This document shows, in pieces, positions 23,084-35,763 of a stretch of DNA of 64,000 nucleotides (positions within the stretch are counted from its first letter, which is position 1; each line of letters starts with the position of its first letter). The notes under the pieces are model-generated. The model was not told the origin of the DNA. It saw nothing but the letters and a program-made list of their open reading frames with translations, and made no database searches. A program made the position numbers and the translations under genes. Origin of the DNA: Fimicolochytrium jonesii (Eukaryota); NCBI RefSeq assembly GCF_025526975.1, contig NW_026515674.1, positions 248,001 through 312,000 on the forward strand, in the 5' to 3' direction.

Positions 23084-24310
23084 ATGAGGGTAAGCACTGA
23101 GCAGTCGCAGCCCACGTTCCCCAAACCGACCATCCAGCCACCCCCGTCCCCGGCCTCCCCGGACATCATCCTCGCCGTCCACGGCGGCGCCGGCACGCAC
23201 GCCCCGCACACCCACAAACCCCTCCTATCTCTCCTCCGCCGCAGCCTCGCCGCCAGCCTAGCGCAGTCCAGCGGCGACCTCACTGCCCCCGGCACGATCA
23301 TCCATCTCACGTGCGCGCTGGAGGACTCCCCGCTGACGAACGCCGGGCTGGGGTCCAACCTCACGCTTCTTGGGACGGTTGAATGCGACGCGGGGATGAT
23401 GGACGGGGTGCGTGGGGATTTCGGGGCGGTGGGTGCGTTGAGCGGGGTGGGGAATCCGATTGGTGTGGCGCGGAGGGTGATGGAGGAGGCGGGGCGGGGG
23501 GGTGTGGCGGGGTTGGTTGCGCCGGTGCTGGTTGTTGGGGAGGGGGCGGGGAGGTGGTGGGCGGAGAGGGGGGGTGGGGGTGTGGATCAGGATTTGGTGA
23601 CGGAGGAGGCGAGGGGGAGGTGGAGGCGGCATTTGGGGTGGTTGAGGGAGGCTGAGGAGGCGGCTCGCGGGGGTTCGAACTCCCCTTCGGACTCGGGCAA
23701 ACGGAAACGAGGGCCCCCGTCCCCCCCGCCGATAACCCCCAACGACACGATCGGCGCGCTCCTCTCGACCCCGTCCGCGCTCTACGCGACCGCCTCCACG
23801 GGCGGCACCTCGCTCAAACCCCCCGGCCGCATCTCCTCCGCCGCCCACTACGGCGCGTCCATCCACGCCCGCCGCGTCACAGCACCATCTCCCCCCGGGA
23901 TGGACCACCCCGCGATGGACATCGCATGCACGGTCTCAGGCACCGGCGAGCAGCTCATCACGTCCCTGTTCGCCAAAACCCTCGTCGACGCCGTCGGAGT
24001 CCACAACGGGGACTGCGAGCGCGCCCTCCGCGCGTGCGTCGAGGCCTTCCTCGCTGACGGCCACGGGGAGAGGAACGTCGGCGTGCTGTTGGTCAAGCGC
24101 GAGCTTGCTTCCTCTGCGGATGCGGACGCGGAATCACCCACACGCAGTCGAAGGGTCGTGGAGTGCTGGTGGGCGCACACGACGGACACGTTTGCGGTGG
24201 GGTACGTGTCTGGTGGGATGCGCAGGCCGTTTGTGGCGATCTCGAGGGTGCCGAGGGATAGCGCCGGGAGGAGGAAGAGGTTTGTGGTTGAGGGGAGGTG
24301 TGTTAAGTGA
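23084..24310 (+). CDS. TASP1: Threonine aspartase (taspase 1), asparaginase-2 family Ntn hydrolase; intronless
   Basis: AVHGGAG, LEDSPLTNAGLGSNLT, VECDAGMMDG, autocleavage site ND/TIGA, STGG..LKPPGRI and SGTGEQLI. Confidence 0.9.
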   Translation: MRVSTEQSQPTFPKPTIQPPPSPASPDIILAVHGGAGTHAPHTHKPLLSLLRRSLAASLAQSSGDLTAPGTIIHLTCALEDSPLTNAGLGSNLTLLGTVECDAGMMDGVRGDFGAVGALSGVGNPIGVARRVMEEAGRGGVAGLVAPVLVVGEGAGRWWAERGGGGVDQDLVTEEARGRWRRHLGWLREAEEAARGGSNSPSDSGKRKRGPPSPPPITPNDTIGALLSTPSALYATASTGGTSLKPPGRISSAAHYGASIHARRVTAPSPPGMDHPAMDIACTVSGTGEQLITSLFAKTLVDAVGVHNGDCERALRACVEAFLADGHGERNVGVLLVKRELASSADADAESPTRSRRVVECWWAHTTDTFAVGYVSGGMRRPFVAISRVPRDSAGRRKRFVVEGRCVK

Positions 24311-24802
24311 TGCGTGGGCGTATGCGGAGAGGGGCGGCGTGACGGATCTATAGAGCGTGTACCTTACTCAGTAGAGTATGTAGGAGGTTTTGCATGTATA
24401 TACATACATACCTACTACGCCATTGAAGGGGCATATGCCAGCCTCCAAGAGATCGCCATATCGGTCATCGGCACATTCAAGTCAATCTATCACTCCGTCG
24501 TCCAGAAAGCAAAGCAGTCAACAAAATCGCGCCAAGTGAATCTGCGAGGCAGGTACACATGTTCTGCGTACGCTATATATGTAGGGAATGCGGTTTTCGC
24601 AATGGGGCTGCTCTCAAAGTGAGGCGTAGGCCACAAATATCTTTTGCAAAGAAATATACATGATGCACAATCATAAAAACCCCGAAGCGCGGCTGCTGCC
24701 CCTACAACGACCATGCAGACCGCCCCCACATACACACACATCATCGAACCCACACCTCCATACAGGTGACGTCCAACAAAGAAAGCGATCCCCCCACCGC
24801 CC

Positions 24803-26893
24803 CTAATCCCGCCTGGCCCTCTTCCCCTTCTCCTCCCTCCCGCTCTCCCCTCTCCCCCTCTTCGCACTACTCATAAACTCATCAATCCCAAACACATCCT
24901 GCTCCCTCTCAAACTGCACCGGCCCATCCCTCGCCACGTCCCTCCCGCCCTCCGTCCCCTGGAACCCCCTCCTCGTTCCCCCCTCGCCAAGCATCCGCTC
25001 AATCTTCTCCGTCGCGACGCCCGGGATGGAACCCGAGTGGTCCGAAGTGTCCTTTTTGGGGCGGTAGATGGCGTTGGCGGTGGAGCCTTGGAAGAGGGGC
25101 TTGTCGTAGAGGTCGTAGGAGTCTTCGGTGTTGAAGCCCGAGGAGAGGCCTTGGGATTGGTTGAAGAGGCGTTGGTCGAACATGGATTCTTTGGAGGCTG
25201 TGGGTTGGGCAAGGCCGAGGGCGATTTTTTCGGAGATGTCGCGGTCCGTGCTATTCCATTCATACAATACAAGGAATTCATCATCAGTTTATCGGAGAGC
25301 TGCCATAGTGGTACGGCCTTGTCATACCTCTTGCTCAACACCTTCGCCTTCGTCTCAGCCCCCATATGGCTCATCCTAATCTCCCTTTCCCGCTGCCGTT
25401 GCCGTTCCTTCCTCAGCTCCTCCCGCTCCAACACCCTCTTCTTCTCGTCCTCATCCACACTATCATCCGACTCGCTCCCCGAATCCGCACCAGATCGCAC
25501 CGAAGACGGCTCGGCCCTCGTCGGGGCAGCAGCAGCAGCGGACGATGTTGCGCCTGAGACGAGTCCCGCGCGCTCTTCCCGGGCGCGTTGGGCGTAGATA
25601 CGCAGTTTTTCTTCCCGTTCGCGCTTCTCTTTTGCGGCGAGTTTGTTTTGCATTTCGCCGCGGATTTTGACTTCGTCGCGCGCGTGGCGGTCGGCAATGA
25701 ACAGGGCTTCAGAGAGCTTGGCGAAGTTGTCGTTAATTGTGATCTGTTTGGGAGGGGAAGAAACAGTGACCTTTAGCCAGCGCATTCAAAGAGTACGGGA
25801 ATACGAAGATCCGACTGACCTCCTGCAAGCCACGCCCATCGGCCGCCAATCGCTTATCCAGCGGAATCGTGTATCCCTTCGCGTTCTTCCAGTTACTAAT
25901 ACAAGGCGGGATCACCCAATTCTTCTGCTCCTCAGCGGTGACTTTCCGCGGCGGGGAGTGCATGACGGGGACCGGCGCCTCGTCCTTGACGACGGGAACT
26001 TTCTTGTGTTTGAATTTGGGTGGCGCCATGGGGTCCACGGGCGCTTCGACCATTTTGATGACGCGGGATTGTGCCCCGGAGTTCTGTGCGCCGTTTTGAG
26101 ACGCTGGTGTGTATTTGACGTAGGAGGCGACGTTTTTCTGTTGAACGATGGATTTAGGCTGTGCTGACTTTATCCGGCCTGTGAGTGCGAAAGGAAGTCG
26201 AGACGAGAGTTAGAAGACAGGTAACGCTGTGCCTCAGGGAAAAAGCTGTTATGACTAACCATCGACAAGTTTCTCCAACGCCAGCCTCGTCTTCTCCGTC
26301 GTTTCCCTTATTGTATCCTCATCCGGCCGTTCCAGCGACGCATCGTCCTCCTTGACATCCTTCTCCAAAATATCACTGAACTGCGAATGCACAATCTTCT
26401 TCCCGTCTTTGTCCCCTTGCCGGAGGATCAGGTCGTAGCGGATGTTACCGTCGCCGTCTGTTTGTAATGGAAGCGTTTCGATGCGTTTCGCACTGGCGCT
26501 GCGTTGCCGGCCTAGGTCGAGCGGGTATTGCACTACGCTGATCTCGGGGAAGGCGCCGCCGTCTCCAAAGTCCTAATGGGGCGTGAGAGTACATAAGGAA
26601 TGCAGTACTGGTCTGACCTTGCGAGTGGGTTGGTTCATACCTCTGGTGTCCTTGGAACAAAGCCATCACGTTTGCCGTATGGCGGTGGTCCCCTCTGTAC
26701 TGCCTTCACGGGTGCTTTCGGCGTCTGTTCCTCGTCCTCGTCGTCGCTTGCCCACTTTGACTTTGTCAACTTTGGTGCCTTTGGCCTGGGAAGAATGCTG
26801 TTGGAACCCACAGCCGAAGCGAAGCAGCTATTAGTCCTGAGCATTGTTTTGGGCTTGGTCATGAGTATGGAGTTGTTACCTGGATAACGACAT
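24803..26893 (-). CDS. PRP45: Splicing factor SNW1/SKIP/Prp45 (multi-exon)
   Basis: MSLS/SILPRPK start, PPPYGKR, DFGDGGAFPEI, QYPLDLG, DPMAPPKFKHKK, PVMHSPPRK, IPPCISNWKNAKGYTIPLDKRLAADGRGLQ, RDISEKIALG and FDQRLFNQ. Confidence 0.97.
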
Positions 26894-27225
26894 GCTTGGG
26901 GGGTTTATTGCTTTTCGTCGCCTGATCCTCGCAAAACGGATATTTTCCTATGGAATTGTTGCTGGAAGAAGTCCGTGGTCTCTTCCCCTGCTGCGAGCTG
27001 AGTCCAGTAGTGGTGACTGCCGGCTGTGTGGGATAACTTATAAGGCGGGGCAGTGCAGTTGCCGGTGCTTGCAGGCCAGGAGTCTGTCAGGAAGGAAATG
27101 GCTGCAGTTGGGCAAAGGGGAAAGTCTGACTTCGCGTTGGCTGGTCCCCCAACGCTTCCATTTCCATCAGCTCTCGGCACTACCTACGTACTCCTGTCTC
27201 TACAGAACACATACATAACCCCACC

Positions 27226-28329
27226 ATGCACCTCCTCCGACCAGCGGCAGCAGCCCGCAGGCTACCCTCTGCCCTTCTCCCCCGCCAAATGTCAACCTCC
27301 GCCGCCCTCCAAGCAAAACCGCCCCTCGCAGCAGCCTCCGTCACCATAACACAGGCCCCTAACAGGGCTGCTACTTGGAGCGAGCACCAGCAGAGGAAGA
27401 GTGCCGCTATGGTTGGGCCACGATTTGAACAAACGGATATTGCGCTGCAGGTACATCATGGGTGGAAAATGATGGGTCTTGCGGGGGCGAAGGATGAGGG
27501 CCGAGGGTAGAGAGAATGGCCTTGGTTCGCTATGGGAGCCCGAGCGTAAACCGGACTGCGGCGAGCGAAGCGAGGCGCAGAGGATGCTCAAGGACGAACG
27601 CACTCATATGCGAACTGAGCGAGTTCCGGGCCGCCAGGCGCAACTCTGGCAAGCCACAGCGAGCAGGGAATGTGAGCGACAGCGAACGGTCGTTTCTATT
27701 CTGAGCGTCGCCTTTATTACACATCGCCCAACATCCTTGTCGCAAGCGGGGCGAGCACGGTATCACTATGACCCGCCATCATCATCCTTGTCGCGACCTC
27801 GCAGCCTAACATCCTTGTCGCGCGCGACATCCCCCAGCCCAACCCATTATCAGCGCAAGACTTGATTTCCAAAGTCCCCGTGAAGTTTGTGCAGGCGCGG
27901 AGAGTATCTTGCGATGGAGGTAAGATCCACCTACTCTCTGCGGAAATGTCGGTCATATCTTCAGGCGTTGGATTCTCATCAGTATCCCCATATTGTAGGA
28001 GGCGGAGCTCTTGGACATCCGAAAGTGTACTTGAACCTGGTACTTAAACTTGCGAGCGCTGGCCTGTTTGCCTTCATTGATCTCTCATGGAATTCCCTTT
28101 TTCATCACCGTCGCAGGATAAGAGTGAACCACAAGCATGCGGTATGTATTCCAAGATCGCGGAAGGGGCCGTTTGCTACCAGCATGGTGTCTTCTGCCTT
28201 CGGGCTCGATTTTCTCCTTTTCTCTTCCTACGATCCCTTTGCTTACTCTCGGTCTTTTCCTCTCTCTTTATCCGACATGTCTCAGGCTACTGTGGCCTCC
28301 AATATCAGCAAGAGCATCACCATCACTAG
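27226..28329 (+). CDS. NDUFS6: NADH:ubiquinone oxidoreductase 13-kDa zinc-binding subunit (multi-exon)
   Basis: Presequence, [50 protein letters not shown] and CGYCGLQY. Confidence 0.95.
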
Positions 28330-28840
28330 TGACTCAAACCCCCGATCCCTTCCCGAAGATAACATTTGCGCCGTATCCTTGTCGCGTGTTGCTTCCCACC
28401 GTGCTGATATTAGGTAAAGGCGGCGCACTGCTGGTTCATATGGATGTCCTCAGGGCCAACGCAGCCTACTTTACGTTACCCGCTATATATGCTCCGACAC
28501 TGCAACTATATCCCTGCAGCCCTTCACGACAAGACGATACGCGCCGCAACATCTCTCCACTGCGCCAATGCAGTCATTTGTTCTCTACACATGAATAAAA
28601 CGTGGGAACGACTCTTAAAAGACATGAATGTGATTCCTGTTCAATCAACCGATCTGCTTATACAATGAAATGAATGAGGCCATAGGGTATGAGGTGGTAT
28701 AGCCGGCGCAAAGACGGGGCCGGTGAAAATGTAAGACATGAGTCGGACTCGGTTCCGCCACCAATCCAAAAGGAATGACGCCCCAGAAGTCTCACCACCA
28801 GGGGGTTTGAAATAAAAAGCAGCCCGAGACAAAAGCCCGC

Positions 28841-31800
28841 TCATTCCGCCGAGCTCATACTACTCTCGTCGACCTCCAAAACTGTATCCGCGCTCGTCAT
28901 CTTCCTCCCCGCACCCTTCTTGCCCTCAACCTTCTCCTGCCAATACCTTGCCGCGCCAATCGCATGCACGAACGGGCGGAGTTTCGCATACCGCGCCATG
29001 ACGCGCTCGCGCTCGGCGTGCTCGATCTGCCGGCGTTGCAGCTCGGAGCGGCGGGCGTGCGAGGGCCAGAGTTTGGCGGTGAGCTCGAAGGACCAGTGGC
29101 GCAGGACGAGGACTTTGACGACGTCGATGAACATGAAGGAGATTAGGGAGATGGCGATGATGGAGACGCCCCAGCCCCAGCCGCTGTGTGATTTGGGATG
29201 AGAAATGGAAAGGGACGGCAAGTGGTGAGTTTCCATGTGGGACGGCAATCGTGGCCCCCGGTGTGCAGCCGGGGATGAGCAAGATTCGTGAGAGGATGGA
29301 AGAACTTACATAGGAGCCGCCTCAAAGAAATCCACGCCATAAATCGACATGAACATCGCAAACACCTGCGTCGCACCCACCGCCGTCGCAAACACCCAAC
29401 TCGGGCGCGACAACCAAAACCACGACGGCACCCTAGTGCTGAAAATCACGAAATGCGGGCAACTCGAGATATTGAGGTACATGATCGTCTGCAACCGTTT
29501 CCCGGTCTCTCCAAACACGTCGCGGGCGATGAAGAAATGCGCAAATGATATCGCGACAAGGATCAACCCGATCAAGAAGGAGAGGGTGATAAGCTGCCCG
29601 AGCCGCCATTTATCATGCCGGGGTGAGATACGCACATTGTCGACGGAGATAACCAGCGTCGCGGCGTCGTTGAGCACGGCGATGAGGATGATCAAGCGGT
29701 CCGGGAGGGAGAAATCGAACACGAGGAGGGTGATGAAGAAAAAGATCAGGAAATGGATCGTGGACGCGATCCTGTACAGAGCGTATGAGCGCATGCGTTG
29801 GAAGATCGCGCGCGAGGTCTTGATCCCGTCCACGATCGTGCTCAGCCCCGCGGCGAGGAGGACGATATCCGCCGCCGAGCGGGCCGCGTCCGTGCACCCC
29901 TCCACCGCAATACCCACATTAGCGCGTTTGAGTGCAGGCGCGTCGTTGACGCCGTCGCCCGTCATGCCGACGAGGTATCCGCGTTTTTGGAGGAGCTCGA
30001 CGACGCGGTACTTGTGTTCGGGGATGACTTGAGCGAACCCGTCGGCTTTTTCGACGCGGCGGGAGAGTTCCTCTTCGGGCGCGGAGGGGTTGTCGACGAG
30101 GGCGTGCGCGTCGAGGATGGTGCGTTGCATGCCGAGGCGGTGGGCTACTTCTTTCGCGATGATGAGTTGGTCGCCGGTGATCATTTTGACGCGGACGCCG
30201 AGGGACTCGCATTCGCGGATCGTTGCGGCTGAGTCGGGTCGGGGCTGTGGAGGACGAGCAAGATGGGTTGTTAGTTGACGAATGATCGCCACCAAAGCTG
30301 GTGAAGCAAGTGGGAAGCCAATTTTGGCAGAAAGGGAGAACCATCCAAAACGTCGACATACCGGATCCAAAAGCGAAATCATCCCCACCAGCTCAAACAC
30401 CTTCTTCTCCCGATCCACCGTCCTCGCCACCCCCAACGCCCTCAATCCCCGCCTGGCGAAATCATTAACCGCTTCCTGCGCCTCCTCATGCCCCCCACAC
30501 ATATTCATAACAACCTGCGGCGCGCCCTTAATACACCGAAACTCCTCCCCAGTTTCCGTATTTTGCACCGTCGCCTCCGTATACTTGCTGTTCGGGTTAA
30601 AGGGTATAAACTCCGTCGTCTTGTACCCCGGCACGCGGTGATCGTTCTCCTCATGGTTCTTCAACGCCTCGATGCGTTCACGCGCGGCTTTACGTACAGC
30701 GAGCTCGATCGCGTCCTGTGTGCCGTGCTCAGACGCGAGGAAGGCCGTGATGAGCAAATCTTCCTCGGTGTACTGCTCTCCCGACCCGTGGAGGTCGCCG
30801 GTCGTCGCTGCGCCTTTGTACGCGAGGTAAGGTTTGTCGAAGGTGAGCTGGTTGAGGGTGAGGGTTCCGGTTTTGTCGGAGCAGAGAATGGACACTGAGG
30901 CGAATTCTTCGATTGCGGTGAGGCGTTTCACGATGACTTTTTTGGAGGCGAGTTCTTTGGCGCCGACGGCCATGGTTACGCTGAGGACGGTGGGCAGACC
31001 GATTGGGATCGCGGCTACGGTGAGGATGAGCACCGAACGGAGCGCGGTGAGGAAGTCTTGGTGTTTGGAAAATAGGTTGACGAAGAGGATGATGATCACC
31101 AGCACCTAAGGATTCAAGTTTATGGGTCAGGAACCAAGTCACATCAACCCGAAGTTTTCTCGCGACGCTCACCCCCGTGATAACAATCAAGAAATTTCCT
31201 ATGGTGCCTATAATCTTCTGGAAATGCCCCATATCCTGCGTGACATTGATCAAATTCGCCGCACGTCCAATATACGTCCGAATCCCCGTCTTCACCACAA
31301 CAGCCAGCATCTGGCCCTGCTTGACCGTCGATGACGAGTACGCGATCTGGCCTTTACCCTTATTGATCGGCAACGACTCGCCGGTGAGAGCGGACTGGTC
31401 GATCTGCAGCTTCGACTCAGTTTCCTCCCCAGCCGCGGAGAGGCCCAGGAGCCGCGCGTCGGCAGGCACGATGTCGCCGATGCGGAGAATGATGATGTCC
31501 CCGGGGACAAGCGTGTTAGCTTCGATGTCGACTAGCCGGCCGGAGCGGACGGCGCGGCATTTCAGGGCTAGCGTGTTTTTGAGCGCTTCGAGGGCTGATT
31601 CGGCTTTGGCTTCCTCTGTAGTGCAGGGAGTACACAATCACTGTAAGTCTCTCTCATGCCGGCCAAAAAAGATATTGTGTGAAACGCACCAAAATACCCG
31701 ATGCAAGCATTAGTAACCAACACAAAAAGCAAGATCCCAAAATCGATCCAATCCCCCACAATAGCACTAACAACCGTGGCAATCTCGAGCAAGAACGAGA

Positions 31801-32176
31801 TGGCGCCTCCAAAATACGACAGGAATTTGAGCAAGTGGTTGGTCTTCTTCTCCTGGATCTCGTTCGGGCCGAATTCCTCTAGTCGGCGATGCACCTCGTC
31901 GTCGGTGAGGCCGCGGAGGGGGTCGGTTTTTAGGAGTTCTTCGAGGGAGGCGTCGATGTCGTCGTTGATTTCGACGTGGGCGTCGGCGGGTTTGGGCGTG
32001 GCGTTGGCGGTGTCGGGAGTGTTTGCACCGGTTTCAGCCATCGGGAGCGCTGCGGGTGTTTGCGGGACGTTCGGAACATTGGGCGCCGCGAGGGGACGGG
32101 AAGGTGGCCTGTGGACGTCAGCTTCTGAGCCGAGGTGGAGGAAGGATCCGCTGATTTTCTTATAGAATTTGGACAT
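28841..32176 (-). CDS. PMA1: Plasma membrane H+-ATPase (P3A P-type ATPase, multi-exon)
   Basis: GLTDDEV..RL..FGPNEI, IDQSALTGES, AAIPIGLPTV, CSDKTGTLT, KGAP, MITGD, GDGVNDAPALK, FQRMRSY and AVLND. Confidence 0.95.
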
Positions 32177-33935
32177 TTTTTCGTATGAGGATGTGGGAGA
32201 CGGTGTGAAATTCACTATGAGGCGCTTGCCGGGCGTTGGACGACGCTGGAGTTGTGTTTTTTCCTGCCAGCAGGCGAAGTACCGCAAGTGCGGAGGATAT
32301 ATTTGGGTTTCGAGAGGTGTGTCCCGCTGCTAGCTTACAATTTCCGCGAGTGTCGTTACAGCTCTCGGCACTGCCGAGATGTGCCTGCAGTGTTGAGTTT
32401 CTCAAAAGTCTGTTACGCCTAATACAGGAAGAGGTCTCTACCCCAAAAAAAAAACAGCGCAACGTGCGGACGCTATGCCATGTTCTGACTTATACATCTC
32501 TAATCTCCTGGGATGTCAAACGATCTCCTTCGCCCAATAATGCCCACGGATGACAAAATGCGGTCAATGTCCGGTTCGCCCCCCGTCCTGTTCCCTTTGC
32601 CACATGGCAGATCTCAGTTTTTTCCTTACAATCCTTGCGCACTCCCAATCAGCTACACCCTCTGACGTCAAGCGCTCAGCCCGCCCTTACATACATAGAC
32701 CTAGGGTTCGGACTCCCGAGGGAATGCGTAAGAGCTCGGTCTCCCTGAGACTTGTGTGGGGAGACATCCCGCACGTTATGAGCCGTACGGATTAGGCGCT
32801 GGAAAGTTCAAAAGGGAATAGTGGGCGGAATGTTCTCGTTGAGTCATTGGGGGGAAGTTCCCGGAGGGATTCCGAGGGCTTTCGAGGGCTGACGGGTATA
32901 CAACCGCGGATTCGCTGGAGTGGAGAAAAAGGTTAACTTTATGTGCGTCTCCCGTATTCATTACTGGTGGTAGAGGGCTGAGGCGTCGGCTCTGAAAAGA
33001 CCGTTCTTAAGATGGAAGTGCATAGACACTCAGCCGACGGTCTTTCTTATACAACCCAGGCCACACAGCATCATCCCCTTGCCTTCACCAATCATCGACG
33101 GTGCGGCAGCCATTCTGGACTACAACAGCTCAGTGCAGCACAAAAAACGTCTGTGAACCAAAGCGGGGGAGCATGCGGAGAAGGGCGGCCAGGGACTCGC
33201 AACGCGTGACATAATATGAATTTGAAGGACAAAACTGACAGGTCCAGTGGGGCGAGGCGTCTCCAAATGGGAGGAGATCAAGGTGGACAAGATGGTCTGG
33301 GTACTGTACATAGGCGTGTATGGTTCCGACCGGGTGGGGGGAATACTGATGAACTGCATGCATACCTTCTGGGACCGTCGTCATGCACGATGCTTGTCTC
33401 GCGCCTAGCAGGGTTTGGAAGGAGGTGATCAGGCACGCATGAACTACTGGAACGCCCAACGAGAGAAGGCGAGAGAGATAATACTCTGAGTGTATGGATG
33501 TTGTGCGCAGGGACATACATATGAAGGCCGTACCGTCCGCAAATCATGCAGCACGTGTCCATACCCACCGCTGCCCTTCAAATGCGGTGGGTTGCAATTT
33601 GTGTTACTCGCCGCGAAACAGCTGCCAGCGCAACGGTCGTGGATCACCGAATACTTCTACAGCACCACGTCGTAGCGTCCAGATCACGATCCCTCCATTC
33701 CAGCGGCCTGTCGTCTACAGTCGATCACCCATGCTTAGAGTCAAAAGAAAAATGATTATTGCAGCAAAAGTAAAGCGAGAGGGTAACAAACAAAGCAAGT
33801 AACAAAAGGGCCGGGGTTACGGGAAGAGGGGTTTGTTAACATGGGCAAGCGGGGAGTTTGTACTTTAGGGGTACGACGTATAGCACAGCAGATCCAACAT
33901 AATGGAAAGGGAGCGGCGATTTCCCGTAATGTCCC

Positions 33936-35175
33936 TTAGCAGCATCCACCTCCTTGCTGTGGTTGGACGGCGGCGCCACTGCCGACTTTGATGTTGCTCT
34001 TGTTGGGAGCTGCTGCCGCGGCGGATGTGCCCATCCTGTGAGATGAACAGACGGATTTTCATGAGTTCCCAGTGAGAGGAACAGAGGAAAAGTCTCTTAG
34101 GCAGATGTTTTACCTGTCCTTAATCTGCTTGGCCATTGTCAAGAAGGCTTGCTCGACGTTTGTTGCGTTTTTTGCACTCGTCTCCAGGAATGGGATTTGC
34201 AAGTTGTCCGAGAATTCCTGAAGAGATTTCGGTGGAATTATGAGTTTCACGCCCTTCATGGGGCCATCAAATTCGCGACTTGCAGCAACATACCTTCGCT
34301 GCGTCGTGATCGACCACCTTCTTATTTATCAAGTCGCTCTTGTTGCCGACGAGCAACTTGTTGACGCCCTCGCAAGCGTATCGATCAATTTCTTGAAGCC
34401 ATTGCTTGACGTTGTTGAAGGTGTCCTGATCTGTTACATCATACACGACGATAATGCCGTGGGCACCACGGTAGTAGCTGGACGTGATGGTGCGGAAACG
34501 TTCTTGACCCGCTGTATCCCACTATAGTATTGGAAATGAGTTCATTGATTCTCGTACTCTGAATGTCAAACAGGTGTGACGATCAATTACGATTTGAAGT
34601 TTGACGGTCTTGCCCTCAAGCTCAATGGTGCGAATTTTCTGCGACAGAGCCAAAACTATTAGCGCTCACTTTCCCGTCGAGACATTTAGAACATGACGTG
34701 TTCTCCTCACAAAGTCCACTCCAATTGTGCTGATGTAGCTTTCAGTGTACGTGTCGTCCTGCATATATAGTCCATTGGTCAGTCGGCGCCATCAAAATGA
34801 CAGTTCCCAAAAGGAGCAAACCTACCGCAAACCGAAGCAGCAAACAAGACTTGCCGACACCGGAGTCTCCAATGAGGAGGAGCTTGAAGAGGTAATCGCT
34901 AAATCGAGGAACATATTGGGTGAGGAACCTGGTCGAAGATGGAAGCAGTCATGACCCGCGCAGCGGCGAAAGCCGCTCTCCGAAAGAGTAGCTAGATCTC
35001 TCTCAGAGGAAGCGCATCCATGCAAACGCTCTACTGCTGTCCACGCTGAATGTGTCGAATAATCGCCTTCGGCGTTTTTCCCACGATTCCAACCCGCCTT
35101 TGCTGCCCCCACAGCGCCAAGAAACCGCCTCCACAAGGAAAATAAATGAACCAACACATACTATTCGGGGTTCAT
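33936..35175 (-). CDS. YPT1: Rab1/Ypt1 small GTPase (multi-exon)
   Basis: Exons assemble to [45 protein letters not shown]...[22 protein letters not shown]...GNKSD...ETSAK...GGGCC-stop. Confidence 0.97.
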
Positions 35176-35763
35176 TTTGACTGTATCTGCGCTTGAAAAG
35201 GTTGTTCAGCTGGCTGACCTACAAAAGGGGAAACGAAACACAGAATGTCAGGATGTCATGCGACGCGCGGAATGCCAAGTTGGGACAAGCCTTTTTCTCT
35301 GGGACAAGCCTTCCCGACGGTTGTTTTCAGTACAGCACGGTACGGCCCATTAAGGAGTCCCGTAAAGTGCCAGTTGTAGCCCTGCCGTTCTCAGCTGTCG
35401 GGAAGGTACGGCGGACCTTTGATGCCGCCTAGCTTTGCAGATGTTGCGGGATTGTGCGGGTAACTTACCGTAAGCTGTTGTCAAAGTCGTCTGGCCCAAC
35501 AGTAAAGGGAACTCTATGGGGGAGGCCGGTGAAAGTGTAGCGAGCCTATGTACTGTATATATGTTGAGTAGTTGTTCCTGGCTGTGGGACAGAGCGAGGG
35601 GCGGATGGGTCTGGTTTGGGTTGGGTTGCCGTTGAAGAGGTTGAAGGGAGGTTTGAGCCGTCACCGCCGGTGGCTCTTCCAACGCGTGGGACTTTTCATC
35701 GAGGTCAAAAGCTCGCTCAAATTCAAGCCCCTCGGCAATTGGAGAACGTCGCCGGAAGCAACA

